A stretch of DNA of 64,000 nucleotides from positions 1,856,001-1,920,000 of the forward strand of contig OY761159.2 of the NCBI GenBank assembly GCA_963664395.2, written 5' to 3'. The stretch comes from Candidatus Binatia bacterium (GTDB taxonomy: Bacteria > Desulfobacterota > Binatia > Bin18). Of this stretch, positions 52,001 to 60,061 are shown piece after piece. The position numbers and the translations under genes are program-made. Below the pieces are notes generated by a model. It was not told the origin of the DNA. It made no database searches and saw nothing but the letters and a program-made list of their open reading frames with translations. Position 1 is the first letter of the stretch, and each line of letters starts with the position of its first letter.

Positions 52001-55000
52001 TCCGCGTCCACCTTGTTGTCCTTGGCCGTCAGCGTCAGCGTCACCGTCCCCTCGCTGCTCGTCTGATTCGCCGGAATGGTCAGCGTATTGCCGCTCGGCG
52101 TGAAGTCTCCTCGCACTGCCGGACTCACCGCTGTCGCCGAGATCGTCACCCGCGTCAGCACGCTCACGGCGGGGTCCAGCGTCGCCGTCACCGTGCTGAC
52201 GCCGTTCTTCTCGGTAATCGAAGGCGGTGACAGTGCCAGGGAGACCTTCGGCGCCGCCTGTACCCGGGCGGTTGTGGTCGCCGACTCCTCCTTCCCCATA
52301 ATACTGTGCCCGTCGGTGTAGGAGGCGGTGGCTCGTAGATACTGATTCACGTCGTCCGCATCCGGCGTATAGGTCGCCGTCGTCGCTCCGCTGGACGTCG
52401 CCCCAGAGATGGGAGTCCCGGTGCCGGTGCGAGTGGCGGCCCGCGCCCACTGCCAGGTGATCCCGCTCAGGCGCTCATCGAGGTCGCGCAGCATGGCCGT
52501 CAGTGCCTGCTTTTCCTGCGGCGTGCTCGACGACAGCTCGACCATGCCTGCTTCGTTCTCGTTGGTGACATCGATGGTCACGGTGATGGTATCGTCCGTG
52601 TCCGTGTCGGTTTCACCGTCGTCGTTCTTGCCGTCCCGGACCGCCACGGTGACCGTGTAGCGACGCTTGGTCTCGTAGTTCAGCGCCGCCTGGGTCCACA
52701 ACTGCCCGGTGGTCGTGTCGAGGGTGAAGGACGCGGCGTCGGGCTCGCTCAGACTGTAGGTCAGCGCCGTGTCGTCGGGGTCGGTGGCCGAAACGGGGAG
52801 GCCGATAGCGACGTTCGTGGCCGTGTTCTCGGCCACGCTGCGGGTCGTGGTGCTGTCGTCAAAGGCCGGCGGCTGGTTCGCGACCGCGGTCACCGTCAGT
52901 CGGGCACTGCGCGTGCCTTCCCCACCATCCACCAGGGCCATCACTTGATAGGTGTAGGTGCGCCCCGATGTGACCGCGGTATCGGTGTAGGTCGTCGTGC
53001 TGAGGCCCTCGGCAAGGGGAGTGGCCGTGCCGTCCCGCGTGACGGTATAGGTCACGGTCGGGGCCGGACTCCAATGCGTCGCCATCACCTCCGTCCAGCT
53101 CAGGGCGACCTGACCCGTCGTTAACGTGTCGGCGGTCAGGGTCGGACTCTCCCTGAGCTGGTGGCCGAACTCCGGCCAGGTCGCCGCCCCGCTGCCATCA
53201 AAGTCTACCTTCAGTGCCGGGTACTGGCTGCTCGTGCCGAAGTCCCACTGAAACGCGTTCCAGTTCGCATAAATGCCGCTGTCGTCCGTGGGGGTCTGTA
53301 ATTCCGTGGTGGTCTTGGCCTCGCCATTGGACCCGCTCGTGTGGCCTGACGTGTTCGTGTCCCAATAGCTGGCGGTGATGTCGCCGGCTTGAACGCGCCC
53401 GACCAGCCCGCCGACATTGCTGCTGCCCGACACGCGTCCGGTGGCGTAGCTGGCGGTGATGTCGCCGGCTTGAACGCGCCCGACCAGCCCGCCGACATTG
53501 CTGCTGCCCGACACGCGTCCGGTGGCGTAGCTGGCGGTGATGTCGCCGGCTTGAACGCGCCCGACCAGCCCGCCGACATTGCTGCTGCCCGACACGCGTC
53601 CGGTGGCGTAGCTGGTGTGAATCGTGCCGAAGTTCACGCCGACTAGCCCGCCAACCCCATTGCTGCGTCCCCCCTTCCCCTCTACCCGTCCGGTCGCATA
53701 GCTCCCGAGGATGGTGCCTTCGTTCTGCCCCACCAGCCCTCCGACCACGCTTCTCCCTGCCACCTCAACATTGATCAGCCCAATATGGCGGATGACACTG
53801 CCAATGCGCAGGAGGGCGATGAGTCCCACTGCATCTTCATTGGCCCGATTGATAAACAGATGACTGATAGTGTACCCGTTCCCCTCGAACGTCGTGTCGA
53901 ACCGGTTGAATCTAGTGCCGATGGGCACCCAGCCGGCACCGCTATTCCAGTAGTCGGAGTCCTCCGCATCGACCTGTCCGTCCCCGTTGGTGTCGTCGGT
54001 CGTATCGACCTGGCCATCTCCGTTGGTGTCGAAGAAGTCCAGGTCCGCCATCAGCTCATATCCCGTGCACCCGCCGCTCGTGGCACCGCAGACCACCCGC
54101 GTCACGTTGGGAAACGCCGCGGCATAGGCCGTCGCCCCGGCGGGCGTCGGGCTGCCATCGCCGTCCAGGTCGTGCCGCATGGCATCGAGCTGCGCCAGGG
54201 TCGTGATTTCAATCAGCCCGTCATCGTCCGTATCGTACACCGGCCCTGGGGTATTGTTCGTCACTGCCTGCCCGGAGAGGGTGGCGGCTGCGTTACCGAC
54301 CACATCCTGCAGCGGCGGGGTCCCCATCGGTGGGGAGTAGGCCAGCGTCACGCTGTCACTGGGGGCGACCTCGGAGACCGGTGACAGCGTCACCAGCGCC
54401 CCGATGTTACCGTGGACGGCATGGGAGACCAACCTCAGCGTCACCACCGCCCCGGACACCTGGACGGCGGCGATCAACCGGGGCGCACTGCCGGCCGTCA
54501 CCGTAAACGCGTTCGCCCACGGAATCGAGGTCGCGTCCAGCGTCTTGTCATACGTCAGCGTCACGGTGTTACCGTCCACCTCCGCGGTCGCCAAGTCCGG
54601 CGTGTCGCCATCCACGGTGTGATCGCTGTTGGCTGCTACGGCAGCATGGGTAAAGTCCGTGGCGGATCGGTTATCGGCGTCCCGGATCGTCCCGCCGTTC
54701 GGATTCAGGCTGTCCGCGACGACACTGACCCCGTCGGTGTCACTCTCGTCAGCCACCACGGTGTAGGCACATGTCAGCACCTCGCTCGCGACGGTTTGAC
54801 AAAGCGCCTGCCGCGTGTTCGTGCCGACCATCAGCCCGATGCTGGGCGTGCCAGTCACCATTATGGGCTTGGTGAAAACCACCGCTACCGTGATCTCCTC
54901 ACCTGCCGCATAGGCCACCCCTGGGTCCGAGATGATCGCCACCGTGCTGATGCTCGGTACGCTCGCACGGTGTAAGTCTGCGTCGTTGTCGGTCAGCAGC

Positions 55001-56208
55001 GTCACCGTGGCCGTGGCCTGACTGCCCACCGTCACCCCTGCGGGCAGCGGTGCGCCAAAACCCAGGATCACCGTCTCTTCGGCCTCTTGTCGGGTGTCCT
55101 GCACGGCCCTGAAGGTGAAGGTTCGTGAGGTCTGGTTCGCCCCAAATGTTATGCTCGCCGGGAGGGTATAGTCGCCGGGCCAGGCGCCCTCCATACTTGT
55201 CGCCGTCAGCGGAATGGGCAGGTCGAGAGTGCGGCCCGGTGCAGCATCCAGTTGCACCGTGACCGTCACCGACCCGCCTTCGTTCACCATGTATGGCCCT
55301 ACATCGAAGGACACCTGCACGGCCCGGCCCTGCCGAAAGTCTGCCACGGTGTCCCGCGTCATGTTGAGCACCCGCGCCGCATTGGCCGGCCCGTTCGGCG
55401 CGGTCGAGTCCATGTTGCTACTGGTGCGCGCCACCCCCATGGGATCGCCGTCATCATCGGGAGGGCAGTCGCCAGGATAGCAGTTGTCCGGATTGGAGAA
55501 GTAAAGCACCCTCATACAATTATCGAGGCTGCGAGCAATACACTGATTAGAGGACGCCATGATCGTGCGCCAGCGGGTCGAGGGCAGTGCGCCCGAGTCA
55601 AACGCCCGCTGGTTTACATAGCCGTAGGCGTCGGCAGACACGCGGAGGCCGCAGTCATCGGGGTCACATGCCACATATCGATCATGCTGAAGGCCCATAA
55701 TGTGGCCCAGTTCATGGGCGAACGTGTCAGCGCGAGCACTCGTGCCGGAAACGCCAAAGGCGCGTGAGGCAAAGCCCAGTGATTCGCGGGTCATAGTGTA
55801 TGCTGATCCACCGCCTCCCTGACGGATCAGGATAACGGCATCCGCCCGGACGCGGTCACGGATGGTGTGGACCTCGTCCATGTAGCCATCCGACTTAGCC
55901 TGGAGACGACGGATATCGGTATACCTATTCAGCGTAGCGTTCCCCGCCGCCGCCTGGGTGTATCCCTCCACCTCCTCCACGGCCACCAGATTAATGGTCT
56001 GGTTCACTCCGCTGTCTGCGTAGGCCATATTGGTTATAACGACAAACTCATCGATCTTTGTCTTGATCTGCGCGGTCCCACCCCAGGTGTCTTTGGCCTG
56101 AGGCGTGTAAAAGACGGCGACATCAATCACCGACTGCGCGTGTGCAGTTCCAGCCAGGAGGGGCAGAAGCAGCAGCGCCAGCGGCAGGCGTCTGATGTAC
56201 GGTAGCAT
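49003..56208 (-). CDS. Giant secreted M12/reprolysin-like metalloprotease-adhesin (Calx-beta, Ig/SwmB-like, GLUG, FN3, cadherin, PPC-like, two C-terminal repeats)
   Basis: Signal peptide ending AHA-Q; HELGHIMGLQH and TIMA Met-turn; cadherin motifs RSVAEN, ATDPD, LNYE, DFERP; poly-Gly linker. Confidence 0.9.
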   Translation of the reverse strand: MLPYIRRLPLALLLLPLLAGTAHAQSVIDVAVFYTPQAKDTWGGTAQIKTKIDEFVVITNMAYADSGVNQTINLVAVEEVEGYTQAAAGNATLNRYTDIRRLQAKSDGYMDEVHTIRDRVRADAVILIRQGGGGSAYTMTRESLGFASRAFGVSGTSARADTFAHELGHIMGLQHDRYVACDPDDCGLRVSADAYGYVNQRAFDSGALPSTRWRTIMASSNQCIARSLDNCMRVLYFSNPDNCYPGDCPPDDDGDPMGVARTSSNMDSTAPNGPANAARVLNMTRDTVADFRQGRAVQVSFDVGPYMVNEGGSVTVTVQLDAAPGRTLDLPIPLTATSMEGAWPGDYTLPASITFGANQTSRTFTFRAVQDTRQEAEETVILGFGAPLPAGVTVGSQATATVTLLTDNDADLHRASVPSISTVAIISDPGVAYAAGEEITVAVVFTKPIMVTGTPSIGLMVGTNTRQALCQTVASEVLTCAYTVVADESDTDGVSVVADSLNPNGGTIRDADNRSATDFTHAAVAANSDHTVDGDTPDLATAEVDGNTVTLTYDKTLDATSIPWANAFTVTAGSAPRLIAAVQVSGAVVTLRLVSHAVHGNIGALVTLSPVSEVAPSDSVTLAYSPPMGTPPLQDVVGNAAATLSGQAVTNNTPGPVYDTDDDGLIEITTLAQLDAMRHDLDGDGSPTPAGATAYAAAFPNVTRVVCGATSGGCTGYELMADLDFFDTNGDGQVDTTDDTNGDGQVDAEDSDYWNSGAGWVPIGTRFNRFDTTFEGNGYTISHLFINRANEDAVGLIALLRIGSVIRHIGLINVEVAGRSVVGGLVGQNEGTILGSYATGRVEGKGGRSNGVGGLVGVNFGTIHTSYATGRVSGSSNVGGLVGRVQAGDITASYATGRVSGSSNVGGLVGRVQAGDITASYATGRVSGSSNVGGLVGRVQAGDITASYWDTNTSGHTSGSNGEAKTTTELQTPTDDSGIYANWNAFQWDFGTSSQYPALKVDFDGSGAATWPEFGHQLRESPTLTADTLTTGQVALSWTEVMATHWSPAPTVTYTVTRDGTATPLAEGLSTTTYTDTAVTSGRTYTYQVMALVDGGEGTRSARLTVTAVANQPPAFDDSTTTRSVAENTATNVAIGLPVSATDPDDTALTYSLSEPDAASFTLDTTTGQLWTQAALNYETKRRYTVTVAVRDGKNDDGETDTDTDDTITVTIDVTNENEAGMVELSSSTPQEKQALTAMLRDLDERLSGITWQWARAATRTGTGTPISGATSSGATTATYTPDADDVNQYLRATASYTDGHSIMGKEESATTTARVQAAPKVSLALSPPSITEKNGVSTVTATLDPAVSVLTRVTISATAVSPAVRGDFTPSGNTLTIPANQTSSEGTVTLTLTAKDNKVDAETKEVTVTGTVPPNALVKAPDPVTLTITDDDTRGVTVTPTELSVNEGASKTYEVVLTSEPIAPVTVTVMRTATSDTDVRVSPPSLSFGTGNWDRSQRVTVTAQDETDPTDVADESATITHTVSGGDYAGETAADVAVTVEDDEAESDEVVLTVNRAMVAEEAGRTTVTVTGTLNGVPRTDETAVSVEVSPGTATQGTDFTADPTTFTLTIPANQKSGTASFALTPQNDTIDEPDKTVTVRGSTTAAGLTVTPAPVTVTIEDNDNPPTVRLEVAVVPPRIREDGGTTTLTARLLNGTSSATTEVTITATLDDFRLSPNPLTIAPGDTTSSTSTLTAVDNDVDAQDKRVTVTGRVDNAQGVGRLEATTLTITDDDPPEVSGLDAVSYTERGTQPVATYTATNPATVRLAWSVTGPDGAHFSIDRNGVLGFDPPPDFERPRDVGEDNVYTVTIEAADTTSLPGETLTGPGLEVTVTVEDALGRVNLPSSPPQIGAQFTARLADPDGVGVVTAWCWERSLYRDFPPADPSTLQIDCALITTATYTPVDADRDYYLRATATYTDSDGTINKEVMQVSEALVSDQLPPPRRGGGGGGGGGGGGGGGAPACADDVHGNTTAQATDIVLSAVTAGAICPAADVDYFTVTVPGRGLLFVDTTRGITTRGTIWQDGTVLETGTLDGSGQATRLGARVQAGPVVVAVQGQGGATGVYDIVVTFVRGYLENPGPDSFQSGVGILSGWVCEAAVVEIELNGVPQEAAYGTERLDTAGVCGDTDNGFGLLFNWNLLSNGEHTVVAFVDGVELGRATVAVTTLGQEFLRDVTGTCEAEDFPTLGARVTLEWQQNSQNFVIAGGNPPAGATTGRTSGLTGFLENPGHNSFQSGVRVLSGWVCDADTVELAIGTAGRQVAAYGTERLDTAGVCGDTDNGFGLLFNWNLLGEGEHAVVAFVDNIELGRATVQVTTLGQEFLRGAEGECMADDFPRLGQSVLLEWQQNSQNFVITDVE
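53366..53615. repeat. 81-bp perfect tandem repeat x3 (27-aa GLUG-like unit)
   Basis: Units start at 53366, 53447 and 53528 and encode SYATGRVSGSSNVGGLVGRVQAGDITA. Confidence 0.93.
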
Positions 56209-56783
56209 CAATGCTGGTGGTCGGGCTCAGAATGGGTCTCCACCACTTCACAGTTAAGCGGTGGCTCCTCCACCTCACTGATGGCGTACAACCCGTCGCC
56301 CACCGAGCGGATCTCGTAGATTTCTCCCGGCAGCCGCACCGTGCCCGCCACGGCCTCCCCATTGACCACCAGCGTCATCGTCCCGAGCGGCTCTTCAACC
56401 AGATGGCCCGCTACGGAATAGCCGCCCGAAAACGTGGGGGCCGTCCGCTCCACCAGGCCCGTGACGACCACATCGTCGAACAGATTGAAGGTCAGGGTCG
56501 TGCCCGGTGCGGGGGCCGAACTGGATTTGTCCGTGCGCGTGGACGGGCCTTTGGTGTGCGCAGTCTGGCCGGGAGGTCCGGCTACGGCGGCCTGGACTTG
56601 CGCCAAGTCCATGGTCACCATCCGGCTGCGCACCGTCAGATCGTCGGACGCTATTGCCGGCGGGGGCGTTTCATCGACCGGTGTAAAGAGGTCGGCGGCC
56701 TGGGCCTCGACCGCCGGCGCGGCCAACGCTATCAGCACGGCGACAGTGGCCGTTACCATGCACCGCAGGCTTGTCACAAACAT
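56208..56783 (-). CDS. Secreted protein resembling a stand-alone metalloprotease pro-domain
   Basis: GAGGAGG RBS; signal peptide ...APAVEA-Q; FNLFDD...G.MTLVVNG.AVAGTV...YEI...PPLNC; TGATG overlap with the giant gene. Confidence 0.8.
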   Translation of the reverse strand: MFVTSLRCMVTATVAVLIALAAPAVEAQAADLFTPVDETPPPAIASDDLTVRSRMVTMDLAQVQAAVAGPPGQTAHTKGPSTRTDKSSSAPAPGTTLTFNLFDDVVVTGLVERTAPTFSGGYSVAGHLVEEPLGTMTLVVNGEAVAGTVRLPGEIYEIRSVGDGLYAISEVEEPPLNCEVVETHSEPDHQH

Positions 56784-56959
56784 GTTCCGCTCCTCCTCTT
56801 CCTTCAGCCTCTCCTCCCTCTGCTGTGCTGTCGCTGGCGCGGCAGGTTGTCGGCGTGATTTTGGGTCGCCAACGCCAGGGGAAATCCTTTCATACCCAAT
56901 TCCGCTGCCCCTGTCGCCTCCAAAATTGTAGTAAAGTTGCACCGCAAAACGCCGCCCGG

Positions 56960-57656
56960 CGCCAGCCGCACCAAGTCGGCCTGCCGGGAGATACCCTGCT
57001 TGCGGTAGATCTGATTCAGGGACCAATAGACGGAGCCTGCCCCGCGCCCCGGCGCCGTGGCCATCTCACGCACGGTCTTGCCTTCTGCCAACCAGACCGC
57101 TATTCGGCTCTCCGCCGGCGTGAGGCCCAGAGTCGCGGCCACTAGGCCGGAATCGATACGGGACACCTGCCCCGGCTCGGCAATCAGCACCAGCGCAGCG
57201 ACGCGTCGAGCCCCAAAGTCCACCGGCCGGACACCCACGGGTTTGACCTGCACCACGCACCGCGACAGCATGGACGCACGGCGGAGCGCTGGAGGTCGGC
57301 AGCGCGTCGGCCGGCACGCGGGCGTACAGCAACCCGCCCCGGTCCGATAACCCGTCACCGTGCCGCAGGATGGCACGGGCACGGTCATTCGCCTCTACGA
57401 TCCGCCCATGCCGGTCCAGGTGGATAACCCCAATCCGGTGGGTGTCGAGCAGGCCGGTCACGGACGCACCTAGCGCCTCGGCTTTGGCCAGCGTCTGCTG
57501 GACCCGGGCAAATTGGCGGAGATGGGGCAGCAGGGCATTGCCCTGTATGCCGCAGGCCTCATCAATCAGGGCCGAGGGGACCGGCCACTGGGCAGCGTTG
57601 AGTGTGGCATCGTGTAACGATGCCAGGATACGCTCGAACGCGTCTTGGTCACTCAT
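56960..57656 (-). pseudogene. PAS/LuxR-type HTH regulator, deleted and frameshifted
   Basis: MSDQDAFERILASLHDA and IVEANDRARAIL in one frame; LGLTPAESRIAVWLAEGKTVREMA...IYRKQGISRQADLVRL in another. Confidence 0.85.
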
Positions 57657-57704
57657 GACGTTGCGTCCTTCAACAACATCTACCCGGCCCGTTGATTAAT
57701 GGTT

Positions 57705-57801
57705 GGGGAAGGCGAGTCGAGAACTCCCTACATATAGTGGGGCAGGACTTCCTCGCCGACTTTCCGGATGGCGCGTTTGACTTCCTCAATCGGCAGCAGC
57801 C
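57705..57801 (-). repeat. Direct repeat copy containing the functional LLM stop codon
   Basis: Matches 48880-48972 with few substitutions and small indels. Confidence 0.92.
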
Positions 57802-58957
57802 CCTGGTCGCCTTGCCAGATAAACCACTCAGGATTGCCCGCTTCGACGAGCTGATCCATGGCTCGACGGATATCACTCGTTGTTCCGGCCAGGGCAAAAT
57901 TCGCGTCGATCATCCGTTCGGGGGTGGCTTCGGAGACGGGCAGCGGGTCCTCTCCATACTTCTTATTATCCGCCTCGGTTCGGAAGGCCTCGAGAAAGCC
58001 AAAATGGTAGAAAAAGTTCTGGAAGCCATAGCCGCAAAAGCCGGCCGTGAGCATTTTCTTGGCAGCCGCCTGCGTATCACCGGGGTAGATCGATCGCAGG
58101 ACGCCGAGCGATTCACCGAACTTGAGAGATCGGCCGGCGGTCTTGGCTTCTTCGACGTGAGTCTGGGCGAACAAGCGAACCTGGTCATGGTCGGAAACGA
58201 ACAGGGTCGGCACGATGTTCTCCCTGGCACACCACCGAACGGTTGCCTCGCTCATGGAGAACGCTTGGAAGAGGGTCGGGTGGGGCTTCTGATACGGCTT
58301 GGGCACGATGTCGATCATCTGGACCAGTCCGTTTTCATCGACCTCACCCGGAGAGCCGTGCTCACGCGTCCATTCATGGGCTCGCCAGGGAGTGCCTTCC
58401 TCATAGGGATACGGATACTCGTAGTATTTGCCCTTGAAACGAAACGGTTCATCCTTCCAGGCCAGTTTCAAAATCTGAAAGACTTCCTCAAACGCCTCGC
58501 GATTGCGCACGTCGATGTCGCTCTGGTCGCTGACCGTCGCGCCGATGTGAATCTTCTGCGCCATTTGATTGAGCCAACGGGATTGATAGCCACGGGCAAA
58601 CCCGACGTGCGTGCGCCCTTTGGTGAGTTGGTCAAGCCAGGCAATCTCCAGGGCGAGCCGCAGCGGGTTCCAGCCCGGAAGGACGTAACCGATGGGACCA
58701 ACCTTGAGCGTTGAGGTCTGGTGAATCACATATTGGGTCAGAACGGGCAGACTCCCGATTTCCATGCCTTCGGTATGCAGATGGTGCTCGGGGAAGCCGA
58801 CTCCGGTGAAGCCCAGGTCTTCCACCATGCGCGAAATCTCGACGACTTCGTCAAACATTTTTTGCCAGCGCTCGGTGCGGTGGGCAATGGGCCGCAGGTC
58901 TTTACGCTCTTGTGGAGTGGCCGGAATTGACGGCAGGAAAAAGTACATGAACTTCAT
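57728..58957 (-). CDS. LLM class flavin-dependent oxidoreductase
   Basis: FPEHHLH, WNPLRLA, GFARGYQ, PKPYQKPHP. Confidence 0.92.
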   Translation of the reverse strand: MKFMYFFLPSIPATPQERKDLRPIAHRTERWQKMFDEVVEISRMVEDLGFTGVGFPEHHLHTEGMEIGSLPVLTQYVIHQTSTLKVGPIGYVLPGWNPLRLALEIAWLDQLTKGRTHVGFARGYQSRWLNQMAQKIHIGATVSDQSDIDVRNREAFEEVFQILKLAWKDEPFRFKGKYYEYPYPYEEGTPWRAHEWTREHGSPGEVDENGLVQMIDIVPKPYQKPHPTLFQAFSMSEATVRWCARENIVPTLFVSDHDQVRLFAQTHVEEAKTAGRSLKFGESLGVLRSIYPGDTQAAAKKMLTAGFCGYGFQNFFYHFGFLEAFRTEADNKKYGEDPLPVSEATPERMIDANFALAGTTSDIRRAMDQLVEAGNPEWFIWQGDQGLLPIEEVKRAIRKVGEEVLPHYM

Positions 58958-58990
58958 ACGGAGTCTCCTTTTTTATGGGTGTCTTTTTAC

Positions 58991-59239
58991 TTACAGTATT
59001 ACTTTGACACTCGGAATATGCTTGAGGCTGCCGAATATGCTCTTCCGTTCTTCTTCGCTCTTGACGTGAACGGAGAGATTAAATGACGTATACTTTCCTG
59101 TCCGACTGTGGCGGGATTCACGGAACTGATATTCGAAAGCCTCAAGCATAGCGACTATGGTATCCGTTATCTGGGCTGTATCGGAACCAATGATCTTGAA
59201 CGACCACGTGCAAGGGTACTCAATTTTTGGCGAGTCCAA
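58991..59239 (-). CDS. YbeD/DUF493 family protein
   Basis: IEYPCTWSFKIIG...SRTGKYTSFNL...VKVIL; GAGGAGG RBS with TTG start. Confidence 0.88.
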   Translation of the reverse strand: MDSPKIEYPCTWSFKIIGSDTAQITDTIVAMLEAFEYQFRESRHSRTGKYTSFNLSVHVKSEEERKSIFGSLKHIPSVKVIL

Positions 59240-59385
59240 ATAGTCCTCCTCTTCACGCTAACAACAGGCATGTCAACCGGGCTCTTCGCCCATCTCTCCG
59301 ACCACTCATCCTTGTCGAGCACTGCGATGTGAGCTAAAACGCTAGCAAGTCCGGCTGGCTCAACTGAGTGAACGAACTTCACGAA

Positions 59386-59412
59386 TTGATCCTGTTGATC
59401 CTGTTGATCCTG
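59386..59412. repeat. 9-bp tandem repeat x3 (TTGATCCTG)
   Basis: Read directly; lies in a divergent intergenic region. Confidence 0.85.
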
Positions 59413-59447
59413 GCCGTGACCAAGTTTTTACACAAGGGGGGACTCGG

Positions 59448-59972
59448 ATGACACAACCGCTGCATACCGTTCGTCAGTTAGCCTATGTGGTCAGAGACAT
59501 GGACGCCGCGCTCAAATACTGGGTGGATGTGCTGAAGGTGGGGCCGTTCTATTTGTTTGAACACTGTCCGCTCAAAAATCAGCGTTACCGGGGCAATCCC
59601 TCGAATGTGGATGTGACCCTGGCCCTGGGCAATAGCGGTGCCCTCCAGATCGAATTGATTGTCCAACATAACGCTGAGCCATCCGTCTACAAAGAGTTTC
59701 TGGACGCCGGTCGGGTCGGCGTCCATCATTTCGGCCTGATGCCCGAAGACTACAAAGCCACCTATGCCCAGTATAAAGAGCTGGGCCATGAGGCCGCGTT
59801 TGAGTGCACGGTCGGCAATGCCGAACTGGTGTATTTTGACACGGTCAACACCATTGGCCATTATACCGAACTGTGGGACAATAACGCTGTCTTCAAAGAT
59901 CTGTTTATGCTAGTTGAGAACGCAGCCAAGGATTGGGACGGCAAGGACCCTGTCCGACCGGGACCGTTATAG
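59448..59972 (+). CDS. VOC/glyoxalase family protein
   Basis: QLAYVVRDMDAA, GVGPF-like KVGPF, QIELIVQ, GVHHFG, YFDT. Confidence 0.9.
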   Translation: MTQPLHTVRQLAYVVRDMDAALKYWVDVLKVGPFYLFEHCPLKNQRYRGNPSNVDVTLALGNSGALQIELIVQHNAEPSVYKEFLDAGRVGVHHFGLMPEDYKATYAQYKELGHEAAFECTVGNAELVYFDTVNTIGHYTELWDNNAVFKDLFMLVENAAKDWDGKDPVRPGPL

Positions 59973-59986
59973 AGAGATGCAAAGGA

Positions 59987-60007
59987 CCCTCTCCCGGTGG
60001 GAGAGGG
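59987..60007. repeat. CCCTCTCCC-type REP-like hairpin
   Basis: CCCTCTCCC-GGT-GGGAGAGGG. Confidence 0.7.
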
Positions 60008-60061
60008 GAAAAAGACCCAAGTACAACAAACGTCAGAACAATGTAGAAGAACAGGAGGAAT

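Larger units (their letters stand above)
48973..57704. mobile_element. Genomic island without integrase, bounded by about 95-bp direct repeats
   Basis: Flanking direct repeats of a CDS 3' end; cargo is a regulator pseudogene, a pro-domain-like gene and a giant protein. Confidence 0.7.

Noticed and set aside
53366-53615. Possible CRISPR array
   Set aside because: Units are contiguous with no spacers, in frame within a CDS, and no cas genes are present
49003-56783. Two-partner secretion or autotransporter system
   Set aside because: The upstream gene is too small for TpsB and the large protein has no C-terminal beta-barrel signature
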